From contig CAXXUO010000004.1 of the NCBI GenBank assembly GCA_963666485.2, positions 1 through 64,000 on the forward strand: DNA of 64,000 bases. Reading direction: 5' to 3'. How positions within the stretch are numbered: the first letter of the stretch is position 1; each line of letters starts with the position of its first letter. Below the pieces are notes generated by a model. That model was given only the letters and a program-made list of their open reading frames with translations. It searched no databases and was not told where the DNA came from. Source of the stretch: Syntrophorhabdaceae bacterium (GTDB lineage Bacteria; Desulfobacterota; Syntrophorhabdia; Syntrophorhabdales; Syntrophorhabdaceae). The position numbers and the translations under genes are program-made. Positions 17,677 to 28,307 of this stretch are shown piece by piece.

Positions 17677-18810
17677 ATGAATATCCCTCCTATCAACCTG
17701 AAGGCCCAGTATAAAGGTGTAAAGAAAGACATCATGAAAGGCGTCCGGGAGATACTGGACGAGCAGAAACTGATCCTCGGGCAGTACTGCCTCAAGCTGG
17801 AGGAACAGGCATCCGCACTGACGGGGATCCCCCACGCGATCTCGTGCGCCAACGGGACGGACGCACTCATCCTGTGCCTCATGGCGCTCGGCATCGGTCA
17901 CGGGGACGAGGTCATCACGACGCCGTATACGTTCTTTTCGACCGCCAGTTCCATCGCACTCGTCGGGGCACGCCCGGTCTTTGTCGATATCCAGGAAAGC
18001 GATATGAACATAGACCCGGGGCTTATCGAAAAGGCGATAACACCCAAAACAAAGGCGGTCATCATTGTCCACCTCTTCGGCAAAATATGCGATATGAAAA
18101 GAATAACCGCTATCGGGGAGAAACATAATATCGCGATCGTTGAAGACATGGCCCAGGCCCTCGGGGCCCGCAGGGGAAGTGTCAGCGCGGGCAACTTCGG
18201 CGACATCGCGGCGACCAGCTTCTACCCGACCAAGAATCTTGGGGGTATCGGCGAAGGCGGGATGGTCCTGACAAAACGGGACGACCTCGGTGAAAAGGTA
18301 CGGAAGCTCCGCGTGCACGGTATGGGCGAAAAGCCGTATATCCACGAGATGCTGGGCTTCAACAGCCGCCTCGACGAGATCAAGGCGATGGCCCTGTCCG
18401 TGAAGTTCCCGAAACTGACCTCATGGAACAAGACCCGGTTGGAAACGGCCGGCTATTACAATATGCACCTGCGCGACATACCGGTGACGCTGCCCATCAT
18501 CGAGGATGAGACGTCGCACATCTTCCATCACTATGTCCTCCGTACCGACAAACGGGACGCCTTTCAGGCGCACCTGAAGGGAAACGGCATCATGACAGGC
18601 ATATACTACCCGGTCCCCCTGCATCTCCAGCCGTGTTTTTCCTACCTCGGGCACAATGAAGGATCCTTTCCCAAAGCTGAAAAAGCAGCAAAGACGAGCC
18701 TCGCAATCCCCGTCTTCCCTGAACTTAAGAAATCGGAAAAAGACTATATTATTAAAGCTATCAGATCATTCTTTGAGTCTCAAGTTGAAGAAGTTCCGTC
18801 AGACGACTAA
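17677..18810 (+). CDS. DegT/DnrJ/EryC1/StrS PLP-dependent sugar aminotransferase
   Basis: NGTDAL, VEDMAQALG, SFYPTKNLGGIGEGG, NSRLDE. Confidence 0.92.
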   Translation: MNIPPINLKAQYKGVKKDIMKGVREILDEQKLILGQYCLKLEEQASALTGIPHAISCANGTDALILCLMALGIGHGDEVITTPYTFFSTASSIALVGARPVFVDIQESDMNIDPGLIEKAITPKTKAVIIVHLFGKICDMKRITAIGEKHNIAIVEDMAQALGARRGSVSAGNFGDIAATSFYPTKNLGGIGEGGMVLTKRDDLGEKVRKLRVHGMGEKPYIHEMLGFNSRLDEIKAMALSVKFPKLTSWNKTRLETAGYYNMHLRDIPVTLPIIEDETSHIFHHYVLRTDKRDAFQAHLKGNGIMTGIYYPVPLHLQPCFSYLGHNEGSFPKAEKAAKTSLAIPVFPELKKSEKDYIIKAIRSFFESQVEEVPSDD

Positions 18811-18878
18811 AATCTAAGCAGTTCATCGCTTAAGGTTCGACATCTTTTTTTCTCGCGATACTATGTATGTTCACACAT

Positions 18879-18916
18879 GCATGGATGCAGGGAGACACGT
18901 TGCCCCGCATCCATGC
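18879..18916. terminator. Hairpin between convergent genes
   Basis: GCATGGATGCAGGG...CCCCGCATCCATGC; no clear U tract. Confidence 0.4.
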
Positions 18917-18935
18917 CTGCTCTCGATGACCGGCT

Positions 18936-19109
18936 TTAAACTGTCTTGTGCCCTCGCGTCAGATGCATGATGAGGCTGATAATGAACAGGATCACGAAAA
19001 TGAAGAAAAGTACCTTGGCGATACCGACCGCTGCGGCGGCTATGCCCATAAACCCGAAGATGCCGGCAATGATCGCAACAATAAAAAAAATTATGGCCCA
19101 ATAAAGCAT
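18936..19109 (-). CDS. DUF1328/UPF0391 small membrane protein
   Basis: [45 protein letters not shown]. Confidence 0.9.
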   Translation of the reverse strand: MLYWAIIFFIVAIIAGIFGFMGIAAAAVGIAKVLFFIFVILFIISLIMHLTRGHKTV

Positions 19110-19333
19110 ACGATGATCCTCCTTCCCTGAGCTTTTCCGGACTGCTGTCTTTTTGCTTTTCATGAGCCCGAGACCCCCTGCTCCGGCTCAAACTAAACCT
19201 CAGCACTATCAATCCTGCGACAACAATCCCGCAAGGACGGTCACGTCCTTCTCATTACGTAGACTAGGTATCAACGCCGCGTTGTCAAGACGGCGTGCGT
19301 GAAGGCCCCGTTAAAACGGACTGTCGCGGCAGA

Positions 19334-20287
19334 TTATGGTGTGATCGCATGGATAATATTTCTGAGCGCCCCGGCTGACCGGGTGAGGGCATCGAATTCT
19401 TGCGGTTTGAGAGGGCTCTCGAGGATTTTCACCATCCCCCTCGTGGATATGATCGACGGTACGCTGAGGCAGACATCGCTGATGCCAAACTCTCCTTCGA
19501 GCATCGTGGAGACGGTAAGGACACTTCTCTGCCCGCGCAGGATAGCCCCGGTAATAGTAACCATGACGAGGCTTACTGCAAGGTTGGTCGCACCTTTATA
19601 GTCGATTATATGATACGCGGACCTGCGGACCTCTTCCTCTATCCGGGCACGCTCGGTCATCCAATCTGCACATCTACCGCATAGCGGGCAGTATGTATCG
19701 ATCTGGACCCCGGCAAGATTCGTCATAGACCATGCCACAAATTCACTGTCCCCATGCTCACCGAGGACGTAGCCGTGGACGTTATGGACGTTAATATCGC
19801 AGAATGTGCTCAGAATGTGCCTTAAGCGGGCACTGTCGAGCACAGTCCCGGAGCCGATGATACGCCCCTTTTCCCAGCCGCTTGCCTTGAGGGCGACATA
19901 TGTCATGATATCGACCGGGTTGGCAACGACAAGAAGAATTGCCGCCGACCCCTGTGCGACGATGTCTTTTACGATACCCTCCATGATCGCCGCGTTGCCC
20001 CTGACAAGGTCGAGCCTCGTTTCGCCCGGACGCTGGGCGCGTCCTGCCGTTATCACGATGACATCCGCGTCGGCATAGTCCGGTATCCCGCCGCTCTTTA
20101 TAGAAACTGTGGGAAAGAACGATTGCCCATGTTCAAGATCGAGGGCCTGGCCTTGCGCAAGCTTTTCATTGCTGTCAACGATCACTATATCGTCCGCGAT
20201 GCCGCTTAAGGCCAGAGCAAAGGCAAACGTCGAACCAACGGCCCCCGCCCCGACGACAACCACCTTTCTCCTCGATAACTTTGTCAT
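19334..20287 (-). CDS. ldh: L-lactate dehydrogenase
   Basis: GAGAVG, AQRPGETRLDL (LDH-type Gln), NPVD, GTVLDSAR, GEHGDS; GGAGG RBS. Confidence 0.9.
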   Translation of the reverse strand: MTKLSRRKVVVVGAGAVGSTFAFALALSGIADDIVIVDSNEKLAQGQALDLEHGQSFFPTVSIKSGGIPDYADADVIVITAGRAQRPGETRLDLVRGNAAIMEGIVKDIVAQGSAAILLVVANPVDIMTYVALKASGWEKGRIIGSGTVLDSARLRHILSTFCDINVHNVHGYVLGEHGDSEFVAWSMTNLAGVQIDTYCPLCGRCADWMTERARIEEEVRRSAYHIIDYKGATNLAVSLVMVTITGAILRGQRSVLTVSTMLEGEFGISDVCLSVPSIISTRGMVKILESPLKPQEFDALTRSAGALRNIIHAITP

Positions 20288-20416
20288 TGGTCCTCCCTGC
20301 GATCGCTCCCGGGCACGTAGCTGTTTCCAAAATATAGGACAGGGAGAAAAAAATATCCCCGGGCCACTATGCATTACCCCGGGGATATCATGATCTTACG
20401 TCGATCTCTCGATCAA

Positions 20417-23011
20417 CTATTTTGCGGTTTCTTTTCCTGGCTTCACCTTGCCCACGCGGACCTCCACCATCCGGTCCAGGCTGATATATTTGCGGGCAAC
20501 ACCATCTACATCTGCCTTTGTCACCTTCTTTACCTGGTTTGGATACGTCTTGAAGAGGTCCGGGTCGAGGCCGTACAGGGAATCGAAGCACATCGCGGAT
20601 GCCTTTGCGCCGTTCGATTGCATACGGATGTAGTGGTTCCCGATAAGGTAATTCTTGCCGTCTTCGACCTCCTGCTCGGTAAATCCTTTGTCGAGTATCT
20701 TTCGTATTTCCCGGCGGGCAACGCGCTCGACATCCTTCACGAAGGCGGGGCTTGTACCTATATATATGCCCATCGTCCCTGTTTCATAGGCCATCTGGTT
20801 AAAGAAGGTCACCGCGTATGCGTAAGGGTTCTCCTCTCTCAAAGCACTGTGTATCCTGCCGCCCATCCCGCTTAAAGCTGCGTCCAGGACCTCTGCGGCA
20901 TAACGGTCCTTATCGATGAGCCCCGGGCCGGGAAAGCCGAAAACGATGTGCACCTGTTCGATATCCTTGTCAATGTCGACCGTTTGTTTTGACGGCTCCT
21001 TGTAGATCTTTTTCAGTTCGGTCTTTTTACCCTTCCAATCCCGGAAGAGGTCTTCCACCATCCCGAATATCTCTTTCTCGTCAACATCTCCCGAAAAGGC
21101 AAGAATGGCGCCGTTCGGGGTCACATACTGTTTGTAAAGACCTCCGATATCATCGAGCGAGAGCTTCTCGACCTCCTTCTCGGTACCGATAGGATCGAAA
21201 CCGTAGGGATGGTTCGCAAACATCGCCTCGTTGAACCGCACAAAGGTGAAGGATATCGGGTCATCGTCCCTCTGGCGGATCTCCGACATGACCTCCCGCT
21301 TGACCCGTGTCAGTTCCTCGGCGGTAAACGACGACTCGAGCAGCAGTTCCCTGATAAGGGGGATTACCGTCTTTATGTCCTTGCTCAGAAATTTTCCGGC
21401 AAGCCCGAAAATATTCCTCCCGTAGTAGGGTGACAGCGTTCCGGCAAGCATGTCTATCTCCCGCGCAATGTCTGAAGAACTCTTCTGCTTCGTTCCTTTC
21501 AGGAGCATGCGCGACAGGATATTGAACTCCCCGTTCTTGCCCCGTTCCTCGACCTTTAACCCGCCCACAAAACCAATCCTGACAGAAAAGGTCGGGGATG
21601 AGTCGTTCCTGTTGACGAGGACCTTGAGACCGTTGTCGAGGGATTTTTTATACGGGTTGGCCACTTTTTTCCGCCCCATGGTCACTGTGCGGCGATCTTT
21701 TACGGTCAGGTATTTAGCCGCGGCCCTTCTGACGTCCGCCGCCGTCACCTTATCGACGGCTTTCAGGTATTTGCCGATAAACTCGGGGTCGCCGGTCATC
21801 GTCGCCGCATCGCCTATCTGGCGCGCCCTTCCCTGGGCTGACTCCGCGTCATAGATGTAATACGCCTTCAGCATGTTCTTCGCTTTGACGAGTTCCCACG
21901 CGCTCACGTCTTCCTGCTGCATCCGGCGGACCTCGGACTCTATCCCGCCTGTTACCTTCTGTGCCTCATCGCCCGAATAATTCGCGTAGACAACAAAGAG
22001 ACCTTCTTCCTGCGGCGTGAACACATATGTCGATATGCCGTTCACGATCGCCTTGCGTTTCTTGAGCTCCTCCTGCAGCCGCGAGCTCTCTCCATCACCG
22101 AGGATCGTACCCAGGACATCGATCGCCGGGACATCCGGGTTCGTCCTCCTCGGGATCCCGTATGCCAGGGCGATATAATTCTCCCGGAGGTCCTTGGAGA
22201 TGTTCTTCTCTTTATCACCATCTGCATGGCTGTCAGCCGTCTTTCTCCGGGCCTCCTTCCTGCCGCCCTTCTGGTCCGCCAGGTATTTCATGATCAGGTC
22301 TTGTGCGAGGCCCTTGTCGAAATCCCCCGTGATAACGATGGTCTGGTTCGCCGGCACATAATGGGCCCGAAAATAGTGTACGATGTCGTCTCGTTTTATA
22401 TTCTCGACAGTTTCCCTGAAACCTATGACCGGCTTCCCATAGGCCTCACCATGATAGCTCAGTTTAAAAAGTTCCTTGAAGAGTTTGCGCTGCGGGTCGT
22501 CCTCCCCCATCTTGATCTCTTCCAGGACGACCTTTCGCTCTTTCGCTATCTCCTGTTCAGGAAATGCGGGCTTCTTGACCGATTCTATGAGCAGTTCGAA
22601 GCCTTCGCGGAAGGCCATGCTCGGGATAATAATGTGATACACGGTATTGTCAAACGAGGTAAAGGCATTGACACTGCCGCCCATTGCCTCGATCTTTTTC
22701 GCAAAGTCATTTCCCTTGATCTTGTCGGTCCCTTTGAAAATGAGATGTTCAATGAAGTGGGTTATGCCGGCTTCTTTGTCCTCCTCGTTCTTACTGCCCA
22801 CGTTCATCCAGACCTGGACGGCAACGACGCCGGTATTCTTCCGCTCTTCCAAAATGTATTTGAGCCCATTCTTGAGAGTATGCACTTCCATTGCGGCCAC
22901 CTTTCCGGGAAATGAGATGCCTGTCAGAGAAATCAAGCAAACAATTAAAACCAATAGATAAACGAAAGGCCCCCGCGGGGGCCTTTCATCCTTTTTCAAG
23001 CGTGATTTCAT
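20417..23011 (-). CDS. M16 (pitrilysin/insulinase) zinc peptidase with N-terminal signal/TM segment
   Basis: HFIEH..FKGT, NAFTS, two M16 halves (second lacks HxxEH); start uncertain. Confidence 0.88.
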   Translation of the reverse strand: MKSRLKKDERPPRGPFVYLLVLIVCLISLTGISFPGKVAAMEVHTLKNGLKYILEERKNTGVVAVQVWMNVGSKNEEDKEAGITHFIEHLIFKGTDKIKGNDFAKKIEAMGGSVNAFTSFDNTVYHIIIPSMAFREGFELLIESVKKPAFPEQEIAKERKVVLEEIKMGEDDPQRKLFKELFKLSYHGEAYGKPVIGFRETVENIKRDDIVHYFRAHYVPANQTIVITGDFDKGLAQDLIMKYLADQKGGRKEARRKTADSHADGDKEKNISKDLRENYIALAYGIPRRTNPDVPAIDVLGTILGDGESSRLQEELKKRKAIVNGISTYVFTPQEEGLFVVYANYSGDEAQKVTGGIESEVRRMQQEDVSAWELVKAKNMLKAYYIYDAESAQGRARQIGDAATMTGDPEFIGKYLKAVDKVTAADVRRAAAKYLTVKDRRTVTMGRKKVANPYKKSLDNGLKVLVNRNDSSPTFSVRIGFVGGLKVEERGKNGEFNILSRMLLKGTKQKSSSDIAREIDMLAGTLSPYYGRNIFGLAGKFLSKDIKTVIPLIRELLLESSFTAEELTRVKREVMSEIRQRDDDPISFTFVRFNEAMFANHPYGFDPIGTEKEVEKLSLDDIGGLYKQYVTPNGAILAFSGDVDEKEIFGMVEDLFRDWKGKKTELKKIYKEPSKQTVDIDKDIEQVHIVFGFPGPGLIDKDRYAAEVLDAALSGMGGRIHSALREENPYAYAVTFFNQMAYETGTMGIYIGTSPAFVKDVERVARREIRKILDKGFTEQEVEDGKNYLIGNHYIRMQSNGAKASAMCFDSLYGLDPDLFKTYPNQVKKVTKADVDGVARKYISLDRMVEVRVGKVKPGKETAK
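22964..22987 (-). terminator. Perfect 24-bp palindrome, likely iorAB terminator
   Basis: GAAAGGCCCCCGCGGGGGCCTTTC followed on the minus strand by GTTTATCTATT. Confidence 0.6.
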
Positions 23012-23015
23012 GCTT

Positions 23016-23609
23016 CTATAGTGCCTTTCTGCCTGCTTCAAATGCCTTGATGTTCAGCTCGTGAAGCTTCGGTGCAAGCAGTTTCTTGATGGCGTCGATG
23101 AAGTAGCTTTCTTTCATCTTCGGGAAGAAATTCGAGAATGCGCCAACGAGGACGACGTTCTGCGCCTGGAGGTTGCCAAGCTGTTTTGCTATCCCGAGCC
23201 CATCGATAACATGGACGTTTTCCTTGAAAAACTTCTTGAATGTTTCGGGAACACCCTGGGGATATGCCATCTGGCCAAGGCTGACCGACGGGGGAAGTAT
23301 TTCCTGGGTGTTGATGATGATCTTGCCGTCCGGTTTTACCCAGTTGATATAGCGGAGAGCTTCGAGCAGCTCAAAAGAAAGAAGAAAGTCGACATCGCCG
23401 TATTTGATGATCGGCGAGCTGACTTTTTTCCCGTACCGGAAATGCGTGGTGACATCCCCGCCCCTCTGGGCCATACCGTGGACTTCCGCCTTCTTGACAT
23501 CATATCCGGCCTTTATGAAGACCTCGGCAAGAATGTTGCTTGCAAGGATCGCACCCTGCCCGCCTACACCGGAAAGAAATATGTTAGTGGTTTTTTCGTC
23601 TTTTTTCAT
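23016..23609 (-). CDS. iorB: Indolepyruvate:ferredoxin oxidoreductase beta subunit
   Basis: GVGGQG, EVHGMAQRGG, FELLEALR. Confidence 0.92.
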   Translation of the reverse strand: MKKDEKTTNIFLSGVGGQGAILASNILAEVFIKAGYDVKKAEVHGMAQRGGDVTTHFRYGKKVSSPIIKYGDVDFLLSFELLEALRYINWVKPDGKIIINTQEILPPSVSLGQMAYPQGVPETFKKFFKENVHVIDGLGIAKQLGNLQAQNVVLVGAFSNFFPKMKESYFIDAIKKLLAPKLHELNIKAFEAGRKAL

Positions 23610-23619
23610 ATTCGCCTCC

Positions 23620-25434
23620 TCACTTCTTTGCCGGTTCTATGGCGTCGAACTTACAGACCTGTACACAAACTTCACAGCCAACGCACTGATCGGGGTTAAT
23701 GTAAACGGTGCCTTTTCTCTTGTTGCCGTCTGCTGTCTGGCCTGCGGCCTCTTTCCAGCTGATTGCGGGACAGTTGATCTCGAGGCACATCTTGCAGCCG
23801 CGGCACTTATCCATGTTGATGGCGAATAACGGGTTCTTGAATTTCTTCAGGGGGTTCGCCCTGCGGAGGAGCATACACGGAGCATCCTTGCACAGAATGA
23901 GGGACGCCTCGTCCTTGTTCATCTCTTCCTTGACGATCTCCATTGTCTCTTTAATATTGTAAGGATCGACGTAGCGGATGTTCGCTTCCTTCACGCCGAC
24001 TGCCTTGCCTATTTCTTTGTAATCGACCTGGTTCGCTACCTCGCCGCGGACGGTGAAGCCCGTTCCCGCGTGTTCCTGGTGGCCGGTCATACCGGTGATC
24101 CTGTTGTCGAGGACGATCGTCGTTGTGTTGCCCTTATTATAAGCGGCATTCATAAGAGGCAGGATGCCTGAGTGGAGGAATGTCGAGTCGCCGAGGACGG
24201 CAACAACTTTCCCCAGGTAGTCCTTCCCCATTGCCTTGCTTGCACCGTGGGCCATACCGCCGCCCGCGCCCATACAGATCGTCGTATGGAGAGCGGAGAT
24301 CGGGGGTGCCACTGCCAGCGTGTAGCAGCCGATATCGCCAAATACAAATGCGCCGGCTTTTTTCAGCGCGTAAAACAACGGCCTGTGCGAGCAGCCGGCA
24401 CAGAGGTTCGGCGGCCTTCTCGGAAGGTCTGCCGGGTTCACTTTGACCTTCGGGGGCTTGTATGCTTTGCCTTTTACGGCAGCTTCGACGATCTCGGGTG
24501 AAAGTTCGTACATGTTGGGGATGATGTCCTTGCCATGGAAAACTTTATAACCCATTGCCCTGATCTCGGTTTCAAAGAACGGGTCGAGTTCTTCGATCAC
24601 GTACACTTTCTTCACTGTTTTGAAGAAGGTGTCGATCATTTTCTTCGGAAGCGGCCAAACCATGCCGAGCTTCAGGAAAGAATATTCCGGGAATACTTCT
24701 TTCGCGTACATGTAAGCGGCGCCGCTTGCAATGACACCGTATGTCTTGCTGTTGATCTCCATCTTGTTGATCTTCGTTTTGTCGGCGAAAGCTTCCAGTT
24801 TCTTCATGCGTTCTTCGACGGCTTTTCTTCTCGGCCGTACGTTCGCGGGAACCATGACGTACTTGGTGGCTTCTTTCGGATCGAGGCCCTTCGGCATCTT
24901 TGATTCGACCCTCTTGCCCGTCTGGACGAGGGAGTCGGCGTGCGCGATCCTGGTGACCGTTCTCAAGATCACCGGGGTATCGAACTTCTCGCTGATGTCG
25001 AATGCCTGTTTTGTGAATTCATAACATTCCTGCGCATCGCCCGGTTCCAGCATCGGGATCTTGCCGAAGCGTGCCCAGTTGCGGCTGTCCTGCTCGTTCT
25101 GTGAGCTGTGGACGTTCGGGTCGTCTGCGATGACGATCATGAGGCCGCCCTTGATTCCCGTGTAAGCCAGGGTCATCAATGCGTCGGCCGCGACGTTCAT
25201 GCCGACATGCTTCATCGATGCCATTGCCCGTGCTCCCGCAACAGCTGCACCGGCGGCTACCTGCAATGCCACCATTTCATTCGGTGACCATTCAGCGTAG
25301 ATCTCCGGGTAATTGTCAGCGACGTCCTTGAGAATTTCACTACTCGGGGTTCCGGGATATGCGGCTGCGACTGTAACTCCAGCTTCCCAGGCACCTCTTG
25401 CAATTGCTGCATTTCCTTGCATTATTTCTTTCAT
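23620..25434 (-). CDS. iorA: Indolepyruvate:ferredoxin oxidoreductase alpha subunit
   Basis: YPGTPS, MKHVG, SSQNEQD, CAGCSHR, GDIGCY, GDSTF.HSG, DN.ITGMTG.Q, two C-terminal 4Fe-4S motifs. Confidence 0.94.
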   Translation of the reverse strand: MKEIMQGNAAIARGAWEAGVTVAAAYPGTPSSEILKDVADNYPEIYAEWSPNEMVALQVAAGAAVAGARAMASMKHVGMNVAADALMTLAYTGIKGGLMIVIADDPNVHSSQNEQDSRNWARFGKIPMLEPGDAQECYEFTKQAFDISEKFDTPVILRTVTRIAHADSLVQTGKRVESKMPKGLDPKEATKYVMVPANVRPRRKAVEERMKKLEAFADKTKINKMEINSKTYGVIASGAAYMYAKEVFPEYSFLKLGMVWPLPKKMIDTFFKTVKKVYVIEELDPFFETEIRAMGYKVFHGKDIIPNMYELSPEIVEAAVKGKAYKPPKVKVNPADLPRRPPNLCAGCSHRPLFYALKKAGAFVFGDIGCYTLAVAPPISALHTTICMGAGGGMAHGASKAMGKDYLGKVVAVLGDSTFLHSGILPLMNAAYNKGNTTTIVLDNRITGMTGHQEHAGTGFTVRGEVANQVDYKEIGKAVGVKEANIRYVDPYNIKETMEIVKEEMNKDEASLILCKDAPCMLLRRANPLKKFKNPLFAINMDKCRGCKMCLEINCPAISWKEAAGQTADGNKRKGTVYINPDQCVGCEVCVQVCKFDAIEPAKK

Positions 25435-25587
25435 ACTACCCCCATAATGGCGTATCGCCTGGATTTTGAGTGATTAATTACTTCACCTCCTTCAAGATCA
25501 TGAATTGTTTTTATTATTTTTTTACGCTTGTTAATGAATTCACGTACTATTTTCAACCGATTAACGGTGCGTTGTCAAGAAATATCG

Positions 25588-26901
25588 TTAAGGAATTCTG
25601 TCGGATGCAAGGAATTTTAAAATTGCCCGGGAACCTTCGATGCCTTCCTTTATACTAGCAAGAGATATCCTCTCATCCTTGCTGTGCATCCTCATGTGCT
25701 CCTCCTTGGTGAGGGTCACCGGGAAGAACCCGTAGGAAGGGATACCGAGGTTCCTGAAGTAGCGCAGGTCCGTTGCACCCGTCGTCACAAAGGGCAGGAC
25801 CGGGACGTCGCCTTTCACAGACCGGATCGCTTCTTTAATCCCTTGAAAAAACAAGGTATTATACCGGGAGGGGTCGGGGGTCGGGATGTTTTCTCCGATC
25901 CGCTCGATAACGATATCGTTGCCTGCGAGTTTTTTGATCTTTGCGAAAAACCGCTCGTGCGTCTCCGACGGCAAAAGTCTCGCATCGAAATAAGCGGATG
26001 ATTCGGATGGAATGACATTGACCTTTTCGCCACCTTTCAAAATTGTCACTGTCACCGTATTGCGAAGGATCGCATTATAGATCTCGTTGCTCTCGAGGTA
26101 ACTTTTCCATTTCTTCGATTGCAGGGCTTTCTTCAATCCGGGGAATTTCGCATTTCCGACAACATGATCTTTGAGCGCGGTGTCGAGATATACCGATGTT
26201 ACCGGCATTGCCTTGAGGGGCCATTTGTACGACAGGATCCGCTGCGCCGCCGCGACGATCTTTTCATTGGCATTGTCCCCGTGAGGCATGGACCCGTGGC
26301 CGCCCTTCCCGGAGGCCTTCACTATGAACTGGCTCAATTTCTTTTCCGTAACGGAGATCAGCGCATGGACAGCCCCGTTCTCTTCGAACAAGTTGCCGCC
26401 TTCACTCAGAACAAAGGAAGCGGTCTCGAGCTCAGGCACCTTGTTGAGCATGTACGCGACCCCGTGGTCCCCGCCGACCTCTTCGTCGCACGTTGCGAGG
26501 AAGACGATGTCCCTTTTCGGTACGGTCCCTTCCCGGGCAAGTTCGATGAAAGACATCAGCTGGCATATGACCTGCGACTTCATGTCGATCGTTCCGCGCC
26601 CGTATATAAAACCATCCCTGATCTCCGCCGCAAAGGGATCGGAGGTCCACTCTTCGCGTTTCGCCGGAACAACGTCGATATGGCCGAGAAGGATAACGGG
26701 CCTGCCGTCGAGCCTTCCCTTTATGCGGGACATGATATTTGCACGGCCCGGTGTACCCTGGTAGATCTCCGAGGCTATCCCCTCGCGACTGAGGACGTCC
26801 TGCAGGAACAGCGCCGCTTTCTCCTCGTTGCCCGGAGGATTGGTCGTGTCGATCTTCAGAAATTCCTGGAGCAGTTCAATTGTTCTGTCGAGATTCGTCA
26901 T
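25588..26901 (-). CDS. M20 family metallopeptidase/aminoacylase
   Basis: HIDVVP, GRGTIDMK, DEE, EG, GGHGS, GATD, MHSKDE. Confidence 0.9.
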   Translation of the reverse strand: MTNLDRTIELLQEFLKIDTTNPPGNEEKAALFLQDVLSREGIASEIYQGTPGRANIMSRIKGRLDGRPVILLGHIDVVPAKREEWTSDPFAAEIRDGFIYGRGTIDMKSQVICQLMSFIELAREGTVPKRDIVFLATCDEEVGGDHGVAYMLNKVPELETASFVLSEGGNLFEENGAVHALISVTEKKLSQFIVKASGKGGHGSMPHGDNANEKIVAAAQRILSYKWPLKAMPVTSVYLDTALKDHVVGNAKFPGLKKALQSKKWKSYLESNEIYNAILRNTVTVTILKGGEKVNVIPSESSAYFDARLLPSETHERFFAKIKKLAGNDIVIERIGENIPTPDPSRYNTLFFQGIKEAIRSVKGDVPVLPFVTTGATDLRYFRNLGIPSYGFFPVTLTKEEHMRMHSKDERISLASIKEGIEGSRAILKFLASDRIP

Positions 26902-28249
26902 AGTATATCCTGTTCTTCCCCTGGTTCTTTGCCCGGTACAGGTTGTCGTCGGCCTCCTTGATGAGGTCTTTTTCTTCCCGGCCACTCTCGTACGATGCGA
27001 CACCCCCGCTGACCGTGACGTGTACCCGGTGCCCGTCGACCTCAAATGCCGCTTTGTCGACCGCTACCCGCAAACGCTCTGCCACGAGGGCCGCTTTTTC
27101 AATATCCGTCTCCGGCAGGATGATGAGAAACTCTTCCCCGCCGTACCTTCCCACTTTATCGATCGCCCTCAAATTGTCTTTCGTTATCCGCGTGACCTCT
27201 CTCAAAACGTGGTCCCCGATGAGATGCCCGTACTGGTCGTTAACCAGCTTGAAATCGTCAATATCGAATAATAACACCGAGAAAGGACCTTCGTAGCGCC
27301 GTGAACGCTGCATCTCCGCAGCGAGCTCCCCTACAATGCAGGCGTGGTTATATGCCCCCGTCAGTCCGTCGTGGCGCGAGAGGTTCCTTATTTCCTCGAA
27401 GAGGCTGATCTTCTCCAGCGTCAGGGCGATATGGGAACAAAATCTTGAAAATATTGATATTTCCTCATTAATGAACGGCGTTTTACGATACAGGGCCGCG
27501 TACCCGAACAGCCGGTTCGCTGTCTTGAGCTCGCATACCGCCGACTCGACATGAAAGTCCGGGGAAGTGTCGGTGTCAGGTCTTCCTCCCGCCAATGCCG
27601 AGACCATCGCCCTGTGGAGCCTCGGGTCGCGCTCGCCCTCGGGCAGGATATGTATGTCTGCATCCTGGCTGCCCATCAGCATTGCCCCGAAATATTCGAA
27701 ATCGAGAAAACTGCGAAGCAGTGTGTTGGCATTCCTCAGGACAAAGACCGGATCTCCCGTCTCGCCGATCATCTTCTGGAGGTCTTTCAGGAATTCAAGC
27801 TCCAGTATGTTGATCTTCTCGCGCCGGTATCTCTCCTCCACCTGCCTCGTCAATTCTTCGGTGCGGAGGACCTCCATGTAATGGTCCATGCTATTGTTGA
27901 CGATGTGAAACAATTCCTCGAAGCTTTTGAAGGGCTTTGAAAGAAGGGCATAGGCCCCGTTGGTCAGAGAGGCAAGCCTGTCGGCCTCATCGGCGTACCC
28001 TGTCATCATTATCACGGGAATGCGGCGGTCTATCTTCTTTATGGCCTTGAGTATCTCGATCCCCGAAGTGTCGGGCAGGATAATGTCGAGAAGCACGGCG
28101 TGGGGCTTCTTTTCAGCGATCTCCTTCTCGAGGTCCGGCATGCGATCGTACGCAAAGACCTTGAGCCCGAATTGCTGCAAAAACTCCCGGAGAACGGCCA
28201 GGAGCGTTTTTTCGTCATCTATTATGAATAATCGTTTTTCAGGGGACAT
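26876..28249 (-). CDS. Response regulator diguanylate cyclase (REC-GAF-like-GGDEF)
   Basis: IIDDE...LLDI..P receiver; DGLTG, DIDDFK, RAID I-site, RYGGEEF. Confidence 0.92.
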   Translation of the reverse strand: MSPEKRLFIIDDEKTLLAVLREFLQQFGLKVFAYDRMPDLEKEIAEKKPHAVLLDIILPDTSGIEILKAIKKIDRRIPVIMMTGYADEADRLASLTNGAYALLSKPFKSFEELFHIVNNSMDHYMEVLRTEELTRQVEERYRREKINILELEFLKDLQKMIGETGDPVFVLRNANTLLRSFLDFEYFGAMLMGSQDADIHILPEGERDPRLHRAMVSALAGGRPDTDTSPDFHVESAVCELKTANRLFGYAALYRKTPFINEEISIFSRFCSHIALTLEKISLFEEIRNLSRHDGLTGAYNHACIVGELAAEMQRSRRYEGPFSVLLFDIDDFKLVNDQYGHLIGDHVLREVTRITKDNLRAIDKVGRYGGEEFLIILPETDIEKAALVAERLRVAVDKAAFEVDGHRVHVTVSGGVASYESGREEKDLIKEADDNLYRAKNQGKNRIYYDESRQNN

Positions 28250-28307
28250 TATTCGGTTATATCGTCAGGGAGCTTACGATCTGCCCTTACGCCCGAAACC
28301 GTCCGCA

